A stretch of 64,000 nucleotides of DNA, from positions 1 through 64,000 of the IMG/VR virus record IMGVR_UViG_3300034152_000814. One strand, 5' to 3'. Position numbers and translations under genes: made by a program. How positions within the stretch are numbered: position 1 is the stretch's first letter; every line of letters begins with the position of its first letter. Below are positions 19,154-29,022 of the stretch, piece by piece. The notes beneath the pieces were generated by a model, which was not told the origin of the DNA, searched no databases, and worked only from the letters and a program-made list of their open reading frames with translations. The DNA is from a virus.

Positions 19154-19972
19154 ATGGCTCTCTACCTCGTTGAGAAGGAAGACGCCTCCGGTCGGAACGA
19201 CATCGAAGGCGTGAAGGCAATCGTCCTCGAGGCCGACGACGAGGCCACGGCGAAGGAGCTGGCGGCGGCGCGCGTCGAGGGTGACTCGGCTTGGAGCGCC
19301 GCGACGGTCACCGAGATCGCCGCCGGCGTCGCCGCGGACTTCGAGGGGTTCACGTACCGCCTCAAGATCGGGCCGGATCCGACTGGGAGCGAGTACAAGA
19401 ACATCATCGACCTCTCGGAGACGGTCGCGGCCGGCGTCGAGGGGGCTCAGGCGGCAGTGATCGTCGCCGGTGGAACGGGCTACGACGTTGGCGACATCCT
19501 GGAGGTCCAGGGTGGAACCTCGACGGCTCCGGCTCGTCTCGAGGTGACGTCCGAGACCGGGAACGTGATCGACGGCATCAAGGTCATCGACCCCGGACAG
19601 TACAGCGAGACGCCCGCCGATCCCGTCGCCGTGACGGGGGGCAACGGCAACGACGACGCCACGTTCAACATCACGTGGGAGGAGTCGACCCCCGTGGTGG
19701 CCGGTGGCGCCCTCGTCGAGGCCCTGAACGCGGAGCTGGCCATCGCCGGCGCCAAGTTCGAGCCGGCGACGCTCCTGCTCACCGCCGCGGCGGGCAGTGG
19801 TGTGGACGACCTCGGGGACCATACGCTGGTTCTGGAGGTCACGTCTCCGGACGCCGTGCGACCGTTGACCGTGCTCGTCGGTACGATCACCGACAAGGGC
19901 CTCGCGACTGACGACCTGTCGGTCGAGCTCGTAGTTCCCACGGCTGTCCCCGCGATCATGCGGGCACTGTGA
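19154..19972 (+). CDS. capsid decoration / Ig-like-domain protein
   Basis: RBS gagaaaggagcg; contains the GGTGYDVGD..NITWEE module that is also repeated in tail gene 32348. Confidence 0.6.
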   Translation: MALYLVEKEDASGRNDIEGVKAIVLEADDEATAKELAAARVEGDSAWSAATVTEIAAGVAADFEGFTYRLKIGPDPTGSEYKNIIDLSETVAAGVEGAQAAVIVAGGTGYDVGDILEVQGGTSTAPARLEVTSETGNVIDGIKVIDPGQYSETPADPVAVTGGNGNDDATFNITWEESTPVVAGGALVEALNAELAIAGAKFEPATLLLTAAAGSGVDDLGDHTLVLEVTSPDAVRPLTVLVGTITDKGLATDDLSVELVVPTAVPAIMRAL

Positions 19973-19975
19973 GAG

Positions 19976-20268
19976 ATGGCGCTCTACCTGCTCGAGCGCA
20001 GTGGTGGAGGGGCGGAGGCCCTCATCGACGGGGTTCGCTCGTTGGTCCTCGAGGCCACGGCGAAGGAGCTGGCCTCCGCCCTCTACCACGGTGACAGCTC
20101 GTGGAGCGACGCCTCGGTGACGGAGCTCGTCGCGGGAACGGCTGCCGACTACGCGGGGTGGCCAGTGGTGGGGAGTTCATTCCGTCGCCACACCAGCCCG
20201 AGCTCGACGTCTCGGTCACGGGCGGTGTGGAACCCACCGCGATCCCGGTCATCATTCGAGCCATCTGA
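19976..20268 (+). pseudogene. internally deleted, frameshifted tandem paralogue of gene 19154 (or a -1 frameshifted product)
   Basis: N-terminus MALYLLERSGG...AADYAG in frame 2; C-terminus GEFIPSPHQPELDVSVTGGVEPTAIPVIIRAI in frame 1 resembles the C-terminus of gene 19154; junction near 20158. Confidence 0.45.
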
Positions 20269-20283
20269 GAAGGGAGGCTGACC

Positions 20284-20610
20284 ATGTGGCGGATGCGACT
20301 CACCGGGGCCCTCGAGGGCCAGACCAAGAAGCTGAAGGGCGTGCAGTACGTCAACGGAGTGGCAACGCTTCAACACATGTCGCGCGAGGACTTCGAGAAG
20401 GTCCTCCTCTACCACCGGAAGTGCTACCAAGTGGAGGAAGTGAAGCATGGCGAGCGTGCGCCTGATCCTGGAGAGCGTGACGCCGATCGAGAGGCGGTAC
20501 CGAGCCGAGTTTCGAAGGGTCGGCGGTCTTCCAAGACGAAAACAAAGGTCGTCCCAAGAGATGACTCAGTTGTCGCCGGGGACGGTGGGGTTCCGACCCC
20601 GGGGGACTGA
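20284..20610 (+). CDS. hypothetical protein (overlaps alternative ORF 20447..20635)
   Basis: first ~55 aa protein-like, the remainder low-complexity. Confidence 0.3.
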   Translation: MWRMRLTGALEGQTKKLKGVQYVNGVATLQHMSREDFEKVLLYHRKCYQVEEVKHGERAPDPGERDADREAVPSRVSKGRRSSKTKTKVVPRDDSVVAGDGGVPTPGD

Positions 20611-20631
20611 CCGGGACGCTCCGAGGACGAG

Positions 20632-21138
20632 ATGAGACTGACGCCGGCTACCGATGGGCGATCGCACACGTCCCTCGAGACGGGTCCGGGCGATCACCAC
20701 GCGGAGCCGGCGTCAGTCACTATTGACAACACGTCCCAATCCCTCCCCCCGGGGACCACGTTCGATCTCGACGTCGCGCTCCCGCACGACGGTTTTCAGG
20801 TCGCACGAATCCAGATCACGGGGCCCAAGACGATGCCGGCGTACGCCGGCAATTGGCGCGAGTGCGCGGAGATCGTCGCTACCACGGATTCGGCTGAGGC
20901 CATGGGGCACAGCGTCCGGGAGGCGGGGACCAGGAAGGTGTACGCATCGACGTACTCGAAGCAGAACGCGGACGCGTACCTGAGTCACAAGATATTCGAC
21001 GACAATACCGGCAGCGGGAACCGGTACATCGCGGTGCAGGACGTCGCCATCGTGGGGGCGGTCCTGCGGATCACGTTCCGGAACTTCTTCGGCGGCTCGG
21101 CGACCCTCTGGGTGAAGGGGCAAGCCCTGCTGTGGTGA
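20632..21138 (+). CDS. structural-module protein, paralogue 1 of 3 (MRL...HH N-terminus)
   Basis: 168 aa; ATGA coupling. Confidence 0.55.
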   Translation: MRLTPATDGRSHTSLETGPGDHHAEPASVTIDNTSQSLPPGTTFDLDVALPHDGFQVARIQITGPKTMPAYAGNWRECAEIVATTDSAEAMGHSVREAGTRKVYASTYSKQNADAYLSHKIFDDNTGSGNRYIAVQDVAIVGAVLRITFRNFFGGSATLWVKGQALLW

Positions 21139-21142
21139 CGAC

Positions 21143-21628
21143 ATGCGACTCGGTGGACGACGGATCGTCGCGACGCACGACGCGCTCCTCGACGTCGGGG
21201 AGGAGGATCACCACCCGCGCGCCACGTCGTTCTCGATCCTGATCAATTCCCAAGCCATCCCGGCCGGTTCCGCGTGGGAGTACCGCGTGGACCTCGGCGA
21301 CGACCGGCACCGAACCCTCCGGGCGGTTCTCCGAGGGAACCAGAACGTCGACATCCAGGGACATACCGGCGTCTTCGTGCTCGGCTCGGATTCGTCCGGG
21401 CAGTGCAGCGGGATAGGGATCAAGCCGTACGGCTCGGGCTACGTGACGAGCTACATGGGTGGCTACTCCAGGATCCACGGGGACTCGTACCTGACGCCGC
21501 CGATGTTCGGTGGCGGGATCCGCCTGCGGGATGCGTACATCGACGGGACCGACGCGGTCCTGGAGTTCTTCAACCCGGCGGTGATTCAACGGTTCATGTC
21601 GTGCTACGGAGCGGTCGCGGTAAAATGA
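21143..21628 (+). CDS. structural-module protein, paralogue 2 of 3
   Basis: 161 aa; MRLGGRRIVATHDALLDVGEEDHH. Confidence 0.55.
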   Translation: MRLGGRRIVATHDALLDVGEEDHHPRATSFSILINSQAIPAGSAWEYRVDLGDDRHRTLRAVLRGNQNVDIQGHTGVFVLGSDSSGQCSGIGIKPYGSGYVTSYMGGYSRIHGDSYLTPPMFGGGIRLRDAYIDGTDAVLEFFNPAVIQRFMSCYGAVAVK

Positions 21629-22146
21629 GGTTGCAAGACTACCTACGACATCCGATCGCGCACGGTTCACTCGTGGGCGTGCTGCCGAACCAGCACCACG
21701 AACGCCCGGAGAACATCGAGGTCGCGAACACGACCCTCTCCGTCTTCCCGCTTCCCGGAGGACCCAGCGTTTGGGATATACCAGTGCCGTACGAGGCGCA
21801 GGTCGTGATCTTCTCGTTCCGCAGCAACCACACGTGTTCGGAAGGAGCCGGCAAGGCGGGCGTGACGGGCGTCGCGACGCGCAGCCAGTTCGATGCGTCA
21901 ACGGTTTCCACCGGTGGGCACGGCACCATTTCCACAAGTGCCTACAACGCGGTATACTCGAAGAGGGCCGCGGCGATGAACCTGTCGCACAAGGTCTTCT
22001 CGTCGGTTGGTTCGTACATAAGTTTAACGGAAATATATCTTTACGAAACGGCCCCTCTGACCCGCGTCCTCCGGACGGAGTGGACGAACTACGGGGCGGC
22101 GTTGTATACGCTGAATTGCTGGGGCGAGGTAGCGGTGCTGAAGTGA
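21625..22146 (+). CDS. structural-module protein, paralogue 3 of 3
   Basis: 173 aa; MRLQDYLRHPIAHGSLVGVLPNQHH. Confidence 0.55.
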   Translation: MRLQDYLRHPIAHGSLVGVLPNQHHERPENIEVANTTLSVFPLPGGPSVWDIPVPYEAQVVIFSFRSNHTCSEGAGKAGVTGVATRSQFDASTVSTGGHGTISTSAYNAVYSKRAAAMNLSHKVFSSVGSYISLTEIYLYETAPLTRVLRTEWTNYGAALYTLNCWGEVAVLK

Positions 22147-23390
22147 GCGACAAGCTACGGGTACTCGCGATTTGCCAGGAGGATCCGGAGTGGATCCTCG
22201 GGGGCATGGGGCGCCACGTCCGGGAGCTCTACCGCGCCATGGCGGAGCGCGGCGACGTCGAGATTGACCTCCTCGTCGGCGGGCCCGGGGAGGAGCCCAC
22301 GGAGTACCTCGGCTGTACGAAGCACGTCGCGGACAAGCTCGTCTGTTGGAAGCCACGCGTGCCGAACATGTCGAGTCTCCTGATCGCGGATCTCCAGCTC
22401 ACGAAGACGCTCGCCAAGCTGCTCGCCCAGGGGCAGACGTGGGACGTGATCCACGTCCACGAGTGGAACGCGCTCCAGGTGGCCAGGGTGGCGCGCGACG
22501 CCCTGGGGGTACCGGTGGTCGGTACCATGCACCTATGCATCACGGAGCTGATGCGGCAGGACGCGACGCCGGACGGACGGTACGGCGAGGCGGACATCTA
22601 CCTGATGCAGCAGGAGGGCCACCTCGTTGTGGATTCCGACGAGCTGATCCTCTGCTCCCAGTCGTACGTGGACCTGGTCCGCAACCTCTTCATGACGGAC
22701 CGCCCTATCAATTTGATCCACAACGGGATCCGTCCGTCGGAGTGGCGACGGGACGAGGCGGCGGGACGGCGGGCCCGGGAGGAGTTCGACCTACCGGACA
22801 GGCCGATCGCGCTCTTCGTCGGGCGGATCGCTGATATGAAAGGGATCCGGGAGCTCCTCGACGCCGTGCGCCGGTGGGACTCGGGCTACTGCGTCGTGGT
22901 GGCCGGCGAGATCAACGCGAACACGGACGACGAGAAGGAGCGGTGGGTAGTTACGCGCAAGTTACGTGATACCGTCAAGAAATATCCTGACCGCATGCGG
23001 TGGGTCGGTTTCCAGCACGACGACAAGCTCCGAGGACTGTACTCCGCGGCGGAGGTCGGGCTCGTCCCGTCGCTCCACGAGCCGTTCGGGATCGTGGCGC
23101 TGGAGCACATGGCGATGGGGGTTCCCCTCGTCACGACGGAGGTCGACGGGCTCGGGGAGATCGTCGTGGACGGGGAGGGGAACGAGTTCTCCCTGATCGT
23201 CGAGCCCGGCAAGAGCGGGCAGATTCACCGGGCGTTGAAGTTCCTGCGGAACCACCCGGAGGCGCGAGAGGAGCTGGCGGAGCTGGGGCGGCTCCGCGTC
23301 CTCGATTTCGATTGGCACGCCGCGGCGGCTGCCACGGTGGAGGTATACAGGAAGGTGGTGCGCGATGTCGCTGCAACTCGTCAATCCTAA
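22143..23390 (+). CDS. GT4-family (GT-B fold) glycosyltransferase
   Basis: EPFGIVALEHMAMGVPLVTTEVDGLGEIV (E-x7-E motif); GTGA coupling. Confidence 0.85.
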   Translation: MSDKLRVLAICQEDPEWILGGMGRHVRELYRAMAERGDVEIDLLVGGPGEEPTEYLGCTKHVADKLVCWKPRVPNMSSLLIADLQLTKTLAKLLAQGQTWDVIHVHEWNALQVARVARDALGVPVVGTMHLCITELMRQDATPDGRYGEADIYLMQQEGHLVVDSDELILCSQSYVDLVRNLFMTDRPINLIHNGIRPSEWRRDEAAGRRAREEFDLPDRPIALFVGRIADMKGIRELLDAVRRWDSGYCVVVAGEINANTDDEKERWVVTRKLRDTVKKYPDRMRWVGFQHDDKLRGLYSAAEVGLVPSLHEPFGIVALEHMAMGVPLVTTEVDGLGEIVVDGEGNEFSLIVEPGKSGQIHRALKFLRNHPEAREELAELGRLRVLDFDWHAAAAATVEVYRKVVRDVAATRQS

Positions 23391-23856
23391 GCAGGCGGTG
23401 CAACTGGACCGCGTCCGGATCGCTTGCATCAAGATCGAGTACAACCCCTACAAGGGCCAGACGTGGGTGGAATTCTGGTTGACGATCGGGCGGCTGGCCG
23501 TGCCGGGCAATGAGGCGTCATTCCAGCAGCACATCGATCCGGACACGGGCGAGGAGGTCTTTGCGTACCTCAAGATCGAGAACGGGATGAACCCGTTCCG
23601 CGGCGGAACGATGCTCGGTAAGTGTGGGACGTGCGGGAAGTGGTTCGCGCTCGTATCCGGATCGTGCGACGCGGACGGTTGCGACGGCACGATTGGACCG
23701 TACGACGGCTTCACTCGTTTGATGACGGCGACTGCTTCGGCCGGGACGATCTTCGACGCGATCGCGAACATCGCGTACTCGTTCCTCTGCACCGAGCAGG
23801 TGCCGGACCCGGACACGTGGGAGATCAAGAGGCTCCTGGAGGCGAACCTTGGATGA
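23365..23856 (+). CDS. hypothetical protein with Cys cluster
   Basis: GKCGTCGKW ... GSCDADGCDG. Confidence 0.5.
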   Translation: MSLQLVNPKQAVQLDRVRIACIKIEYNPYKGQTWVEFWLTIGRLAVPGNEASFQQHIDPDTGEEVFAYLKIENGMNPFRGGTMLGKCGTCGKWFALVSGSCDADGCDGTIGPYDGFTRLMTATASAGTIFDAIANIAYSFLCTEQVPDPDTWEIKRLLEANLG

Positions 23857-24682
23857 CACGAGGATACAGACTGGCGCGACGGAGCGCGTCGAGGTACTGG
23901 TCCTCGACGCCGCCCTCGACCCGCTCACGGGCAAGACGGACATCCTGCTCTCGATTCGCCGCGTGAGCGACGGGCAGTGGTTCGACTTCGCGGACCTCAC
24001 TTTCAAGGCCGCGGGCTGGACGACTCGCCAGCAGCAGATGACGGAGACGGACGTCACGAACGACCCGGGGGTCTACCATTACGACTTTGTTACGTCGACG
24101 ATCGCGAACCCGACGGCGGACGACACGTACGAGATGCGCGCTGACCAGTCGCCCGGGACGGACGCGGCGAACTTGCCGCAGACCGGGGAGCTGAAGGTTG
24201 GGCAGTTCGTCGATGACATCGACCAGGCAATCTCCACGATGGAGGTGAATATCCGGGGCGGGGCGGGCGACACGTTGGAGACGCTCTCGAATCAGCTCGA
24301 TCTCGTGGCGCTCGAGGCGAACGTCGAGGGGCACGTGACGGACGGGCTGACCGCGCAGGGCTACACGTCCGTCCGGGCCCTCCTGCTCGACAACCTGGAC
24401 GCGGCCGTGAGCGCCATTCTTACCGCGATCGCGGCGCTGAACGACGTAAGTATAGCGGACGTCGAGACGGCGATGGGTAATCAAGGCTATACTACCGCCA
24501 GGGCGGCATATTTGGACGACCTGGTGACGATCCTCGCGGCGGTGGAGAAGGTCAGGAAGGTGACCTCGAACCGGGTAGTCGTGAACGCGGCGGACACGCT
24601 CGTCACGATCTACGAGGACGACGGCTCGACGCCGGCCTTCACCTTCACGATCAGCGGCGATCGCCGGGAAAGGACGCCCTGA
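23849..24682 (+). CDS. virion-associated protein (head fibre-like)
   Basis: 277 aa; Thr/Asp-rich. Confidence 0.5.
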   Translation: MDDTRIQTGATERVEVLVLDAALDPLTGKTDILLSIRRVSDGQWFDFADLTFKAAGWTTRQQQMTETDVTNDPGVYHYDFVTSTIANPTADDTYEMRADQSPGTDAANLPQTGELKVGQFVDDIDQAISTMEVNIRGGAGDTLETLSNQLDLVALEANVEGHVTDGLTAQGYTSVRALLLDNLDAAVSAILTAIAALNDVSIADVETAMGNQGYTTARAAYLDDLVTILAAVEKVRKVTSNRVVVNAADTLVTIYEDDGSTPAFTFTISGDRRERTP

Positions 24683-24864
24683 TGGCCGATCCGATCAGCG
24701 TCTTTCCGGAATTCGTTCGGAACCAGGTCTACCCGCCGACACCGACGGCGCCCGTCGTGGGACCCATCACCGCGACGGTCTCGGATCCCGGGCTGACCGT
24801 CACGGTGACGGAGGAGACGATCGTCGTTACAATAGAACCGGAGGAGCTGGACGCGGGAGTGTAA
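24682..24864 (+). CDS. small hypothetical protein
   Basis: ATGG overlap coupling. Confidence 0.4.
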   Translation: MADPISVFPEFVRNQVYPPTPTAPVVGPITATVSDPGLTVTVTEETIVVTIEPEELDAGV

Positions 24865-24865
24865 C

Positions 24866-25213
24866 ATGGCGTGCCCTTCTGAGATCAACATCTGCCGCGT
24901 GCGCGGCGACACGTACCCCTTCACGGTTACCGTGAAGGATGGCGACGGAAACCCAATCAACATAACTGCTTACGGATTCCTCCTGACCGTGGACCCGGCG
25001 CCGGACCCGCCGGACGCTTCGGAGAACTTGCTCCAGCTCGCCGGCGTGATCCTGGACGGTCCGAACGGGATCGTCCAATTCCAGCCGAGCGCGCTGGACG
25101 CGGACCAGGAGCCGGACACGTACTACTACGACCTCCAGATGGAGGACGGCTCCGGTGACTTCCGGACGATCCTGAAGGGGACGTTCACGATCTCGCAGGA
25201 CATCACGAAGTGA
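24866..25213 (+). CDS. Ig-like / beta-sandwich structural protein
   Basis: GDTYPFTVTVKDGDGNPINIT ... GTFTI. Confidence 0.5.
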   Translation: MACPSEINICRVRGDTYPFTVTVKDGDGNPINITAYGFLLTVDPAPDPPDASENLLQLAGVILDGPNGIVQFQPSALDADQEPDTYYYDLQMEDGSGDFRTILKGTFTISQDITK

Positions 25214-25220
25214 GGGTGAC

Positions 25221-25736
25221 ATGGCATTCTCGGTACAGGACGACGGCGGCACGATCGACGGCGCCAACGCGTACATAACTGTCGATGAGTTCAAGACGTA
25301 CCACCGAGACCGCGGGAACTCGTGGAGCGGTGGTAGCGGTGCGATCCAGGACGCCATCGTGGTCGCTACGGACTACCTCGACACGCGCTTCCAGTTCGTC
25401 GGGGACCGGAAGAGCGTGAGCCAGCGGACGCAGTGGCCCCGCGTCGACGCGATAGATCGTGACGGCAACGCCCGCTCCGGCGTACCGGTCGAGGTCGAGG
25501 AAGCCTGCGCCGAGTACGCCTTGATCGCGCTGAGCTCCACGCTCAACCCGACGCCGACGCGGGACGACACGGGCCAGCCGGTGGAGATGAGTCGGAAGAA
25601 GGTCGGGCCCCTGGAGAAGGAGATCCGGTACGGCGGGGGCGGGGCCGTCTTCCAGCTCCCGAAGTACCCGATCGCGGATCAGAAGCTCCGCGCCGCGGGC
25701 CTCGTGGTCAGCGGGCGCGACATCGTGAGGGGCTGA
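25221..25736 (+). CDS. head-tail connector (gp6-like adaptor)
   Basis: ANAYITVDEFKTYHRDRG N-terminal signature. Confidence 0.55.
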   Translation: MAFSVQDDGGTIDGANAYITVDEFKTYHRDRGNSWSGGSGAIQDAIVVATDYLDTRFQFVGDRKSVSQRTQWPRVDAIDRDGNARSGVPVEVEEACAEYALIALSSTLNPTPTRDDTGQPVEMSRKKVGPLEKEIRYGGGGAVFQLPKYPIADQKLRAAGLVVSGRDIVRG

Positions 25737-25737
25737 G

Positions 25738-26112
25738 GTGGGCTACTACGACGACGAGATCGCGACCGCCCTCGAGCTCATCGCGGAGTTCGGGGAGACG
25801 TCGACGCTCCGGCGGACGGAGCCCGGGGACCCTCCGGACACGGATCAACCCTGGCGAACCGGGGCTCCCACGCCGGCGGACCACTCGGTCTCCGCGGTAT
25901 GGCTCGACTGGGAGGTCGACCGGATCGACGGCGAGCTGATCAAGGCGGGGGACCAACGGGTCTTCGTCGCTGCCTCCGGGATGACGGTGACGCCGTCCCC
26001 CACGGTGGATCGGATCCTCCGGGCGAGCGGCGAGGAATGGACCATCGTCACGGTGCGAACACTCAACCCCAACGGGGAAACCATCTTGCATGAATTGCAG
26101 GTGAGGAAGTGA
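25738..26112 (+). CDS. head-tail joining protein
   Basis: synteny; GTG start. Confidence 0.45.
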   Translation: MGYYDDEIATALELIAEFGETSTLRRTEPGDPPDTDQPWRTGAPTPADHSVSAVWLDWEVDRIDGELIKAGDQRVFVAASGMTVTPSPTVDRILRASGEEWTIVTVRTLNPNGETILHELQVRK

Positions 26113-26113
26113 T

Positions 26114-26569
26114 ATGGCGGCGGACTTGACGACGGCGAAGAACGAGATGTTCAGCGCCTTCAAGGTGGCGTGGGACGCGAATACGCCCGGCGTGACGCCC
26201 GACGGCAGCGTTCCCTACGTGTACTGGGACGGCGTTCCGGACGACACGCCGCCGCCGCCGGACGCACCGTACGCTCGGATCCGGATCCGGCACGGACCTT
26301 CGGAGCAGGCCAGCCTCGCGGGCGCCGTGGGGTCGCGGAGGTTCGAGCGTTTCGGTACAATTACGGTACAGGTGTTCACGCCCTTGTCGGCGACCGACCC
26401 TCCCACGCTCGGGGAGAACCTGGCGGCGATCGCCAGGGCGGCCTACGAGGGGCAGAGCACCGCGAGCCAGGTATGGTTCAGGAACGTGCGGGCGAACGAG
26501 ATCGGCGAGGACGGGCCCTGGTACCAGTGGAACGTCGTGGCCGAATTTCGGTACGACGAGCTGGTCTGA
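26114..26569 (+). CDS. tail terminator / neck protein
   Basis: [28 protein letters not shown]. Confidence 0.5.
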   Translation: MAADLTTAKNEMFSAFKVAWDANTPGVTPDGSVPYVYWDGVPDDTPPPPDAPYARIRIRHGPSEQASLAGAVGSRRFERFGTITVQVFTPLSATDPPTLGENLAAIARAAYEGQSTASQVWFRNVRANEIGEDGPWYQWNVVAEFRYDELV

Positions 26570-26582
26570 AGGAGGTACGACA

Positions 26583-28121
26583 GTGGCGCAGCTACAGAAG
26601 ATCGATTCCAATGTGACCGGGCTCCGCTACGCTGAGGAGCTGAGCCTGGGCGTGCTCCCGGGGTCCCCCGTCTGGACGCCCCTGGAGCCGAACTCCTACG
26701 CCGATTTCGGCGGGGAGATCTCCACCATCGCGAGGAACCCCATCAACCCCTCGCGACAACGGAAGAAGGGAACCACGACGGACCTCGACGCGTCCGGCGG
26801 GTTCAACACGGACATCACGCAGGAGAACCTCCAGGACATCCTCCAGGGGTTCTTCTTCGCGGATCTCCGCGTGAAGGCCGAGGTCGGCGGATCCAGCGAG
26901 ATCACGAACGTCGACGGGACGACCGAGGAGTACGAGGCCGCGGCCGGCCTGGACGTCTTCGAGGTCGGCGACCTGGTCCACGCCAGCGGCTTCACGAACG
27001 CCGCGAACAACGGGCTCAAGCGCGTGACGACGGTCTCCGCGACGGACCTCGCGGTGGCCGAGGACCTGGTCGACGAGACGCCGCCGGCAGCCGCGAAGCT
27101 CGTGGCCGTGGGATTCCAGTTCGACGCGGGCGACGCGGACATCGACACCTCGGGCTCCCTGCCGGCGCTCACGACCACCACGAAGGACCTCACGGAGCTC
27201 GGGGCTACCCCCGGCGAGTGGGTGTTCCTCGGTGGGGACACGGCCGCGGTGCAGTTCGCGAACTCGGAGAACAACGGCTTCGCGCGCGTCCGGAGCGTCA
27301 CCGCGGACACGATGACGTTCGACAAGACGGCGTCGACGATGGTCCCGGAAACCACGACGACCGAGACGATCCAGATCTTCGTCGGTCGGGTGCTCAAGAA
27401 CGAGACCGGGACGCTGATCACGCGCCGGACGTACCAGCTCGAGCGGACGCTCGGTGCGCCGGACGACGCGGCTCCCGCGGACATCCAGGCGGAGTACCTG
27501 GTCGGCGCCGTGCCGAACGAGCTGACCATGAACATCGCCACGGCCGACAAGCTCCACGCCGACCTCTCCTTCGTGGGGATCGACGTCGAGCAGATCGACG
27601 CCGCGACGGCCCTGAAGACCGGCTCGAGGCCAGCCATCGCCGAGGCGGATCCGTTCAACACGTCGAGCGACTTCAGCCGGATCAAGATGGCGGAGGTGAG
27701 CGACACGGACGCCGCGCCGACGCCGCTCCTCGCGTTCCTCCAGGAGCTCACGATCACGCTCTCGAACAACGCGAGCCCGAACAAGGCGGTCGGGACCCTC
27801 GGGGCGTTCGAGGTGACCGCCGGCACGTTCCAGATCGGCGGATCGATGACGGCGTACTTCTCGGACATCGCCGCGGTGCAGGCCGTCCGGAACAACGCCG
27901 ACGTGACGATCGACGCTCACCTGGTGAAGCAGAACGCGGGGATCTCCATCGACATCCCGCTGCTGTCCCTGGGCGACGGGCGACCGAGCGTGGAGCAGGA
28001 CGAACCCATCACGCTGCCTCTGTCCATGGACGCGGCGACCGGGGCGAAGATCGATACGAACCTCGATCACACGCTCCTGATGGTGTTCTTCGACTACCTA
28101 CCGGATCTCGCAGACGTCTGA
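26583..28121 (+). CDS. major tail protein
   Basis: 512 aa; sits between terminator and chaperone; Thr/Ala-rich. Confidence 0.6.
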   Translation: MAQLQKIDSNVTGLRYAEELSLGVLPGSPVWTPLEPNSYADFGGEISTIARNPINPSRQRKKGTTTDLDASGGFNTDITQENLQDILQGFFFADLRVKAEVGGSSEITNVDGTTEEYEAAAGLDVFEVGDLVHASGFTNAANNGLKRVTTVSATDLAVAEDLVDETPPAAAKLVAVGFQFDAGDADIDTSGSLPALTTTTKDLTELGATPGEWVFLGGDTAAVQFANSENNGFARVRSVTADTMTFDKTASTMVPETTTTETIQIFVGRVLKNETGTLITRRTYQLERTLGAPDDAAPADIQAEYLVGAVPNELTMNIATADKLHADLSFVGIDVEQIDAATALKTGSRPAIAEADPFNTSSDFSRIKMAEVSDTDAAPTPLLAFLQELTITLSNNASPNKAVGTLGAFEVTAGTFQIGGSMTAYFSDIAAVQAVRNNADVTIDAHLVKQNAGISIDIPLLSLGDGRPSVEQDEPITLPLSMDAATGAKIDTNLDHTLLMVFFDYLPDLADV

Positions 28122-28189
28122 TTCATGGGGCCCGGTGCGGTCGTACGCGCCGGGCCACCTCTTCTCTACTCTCGAAGGAAGGATGTATC

Positions 28190-28609
28190 ATGTCCCTCTC
28201 GAAACAGTTCAAGACCGATCGGTCCGCCGAGACCGACGGCGTCGTCCTCGACTACGGCGACGGCGTGTGGATCCGCATCGCTCGCGCCGGCGGCGCGAAC
28301 AAGAAGTACCTCCGCGCCCTCGAGCGGCTCGGGCGGAAGTACCGGCGGCAGATCCAGCTCGAGACCCTACCCGAGGAGGTCGCGCGGAAGCTCTTCCGGG
28401 AGACGTACGCGGAGACCGTCGTCCTCGGGTGGGGCGGGATCACGCAGGAAGACATCGGCAGCGAGGGTGACGAGCCCGTGGAGTTCACGAAGGCGAACTG
28501 CGTCGCGCTCTTCGAGAACCTCCCGGACCTCTTCCTCGACGTCCAGTCCCAGGCCCAGAACATGGCCCTCTTCCGGGCCGAGCTCGACGAGGACGACGCA
28601 AAAAACTGA
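28190..28609 (+). CDS. tail assembly chaperone (G-like)
   Basis: 139 aa just upstream of the tape measure gene; ends in slippery A_AAA_AAC. Confidence 0.7.
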   Translation: MSLSKQFKTDRSAETDGVVLDYGDGVWIRIARAGGANKKYLRALERLGRKYRRQIQLETLPEEVARKLFRETYAETVVLGWGGITQEDIGSEGDEPVEFTKANCVALFENLPDLFLDVQSQAQNMALFRAELDEDDAKN

Positions 28610-29022
28610 CCGAGGTCCTGCTCTACTCGCTGGAGCAGGGCAAGGACGAGGGCTGGATCGCGGAGCAGTGCCGGCGGGAGCGGCGGAAGCTACCGAAGAA
28701 GATCGCGGAAGCACCGGAGCTCCGTCTCGGCCTCGAGCTCTTCTGGGAGGCATACCACGACCTAAGTACGTGCCGCCCCTCGAGTTTCGGGGGAGTCCCG
28801 CCGATCCCGTGGACCGCGATCCACGCCTACGTCCACGCGCACAACTTCGACCCGTACCAAGCCTCGCGGTTGGAGTACTTCGTCCGTAAAATGGATGGAG
28901 AGTTCGCGCGATGGCACGAGAGGAAGTGCGGTGCCGATAAGACCAAGACCCGGGGAATTCGAGCGAAGGATGTCCCTCCTGGCTGGACGGCTCGGACGGG
29001 ACGTCGGTCGCGTCGTTCGTAA
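28600..29022 (+). other. programmed -1 ribosomal frameshift site (A_AAA_AAC at 28600-28606) plus GT-like extension
   Basis: X_XXY_YYZ heptamer at the last codons of gene 28190; the -1 frame then stays open for 138 codons (LTEVLLYSLEQGKDEGW...) to TAA at 29020. Confidence 0.6.

Noticed and set aside
17927-20089. Very long minus-strand ORFs (720 aa here; also 28367..30838 at 823 aa, 29379..31346 at 655 aa, 31088..32302, 57525..58733 and others)
   Set aside because: They are antisense to well-supported + strand genes (capsid, tape measure and others). Their Arg/Pro/Gly-rich low-complexity translations are typical of spurious ORFs in ~65% GC DNA. They have no RBS or synteny support.
20447-20635. 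Alternative 62-aa ORF overlapping gene 20284..20610
   Set aside because: The real product cannot be resolved by eye. The two ORFs overlap by about 160 nt in different frames. Only one is reported as a low-confidence feature, and the ambiguity is noted.
28125-28889. 254-aa ORF overlapping the chaperone region in another frame
   Set aside because: It has an Arg/Ser/Pro-rich composition, and it overlaps both the well-supported chaperone gene and its frameshift extension.
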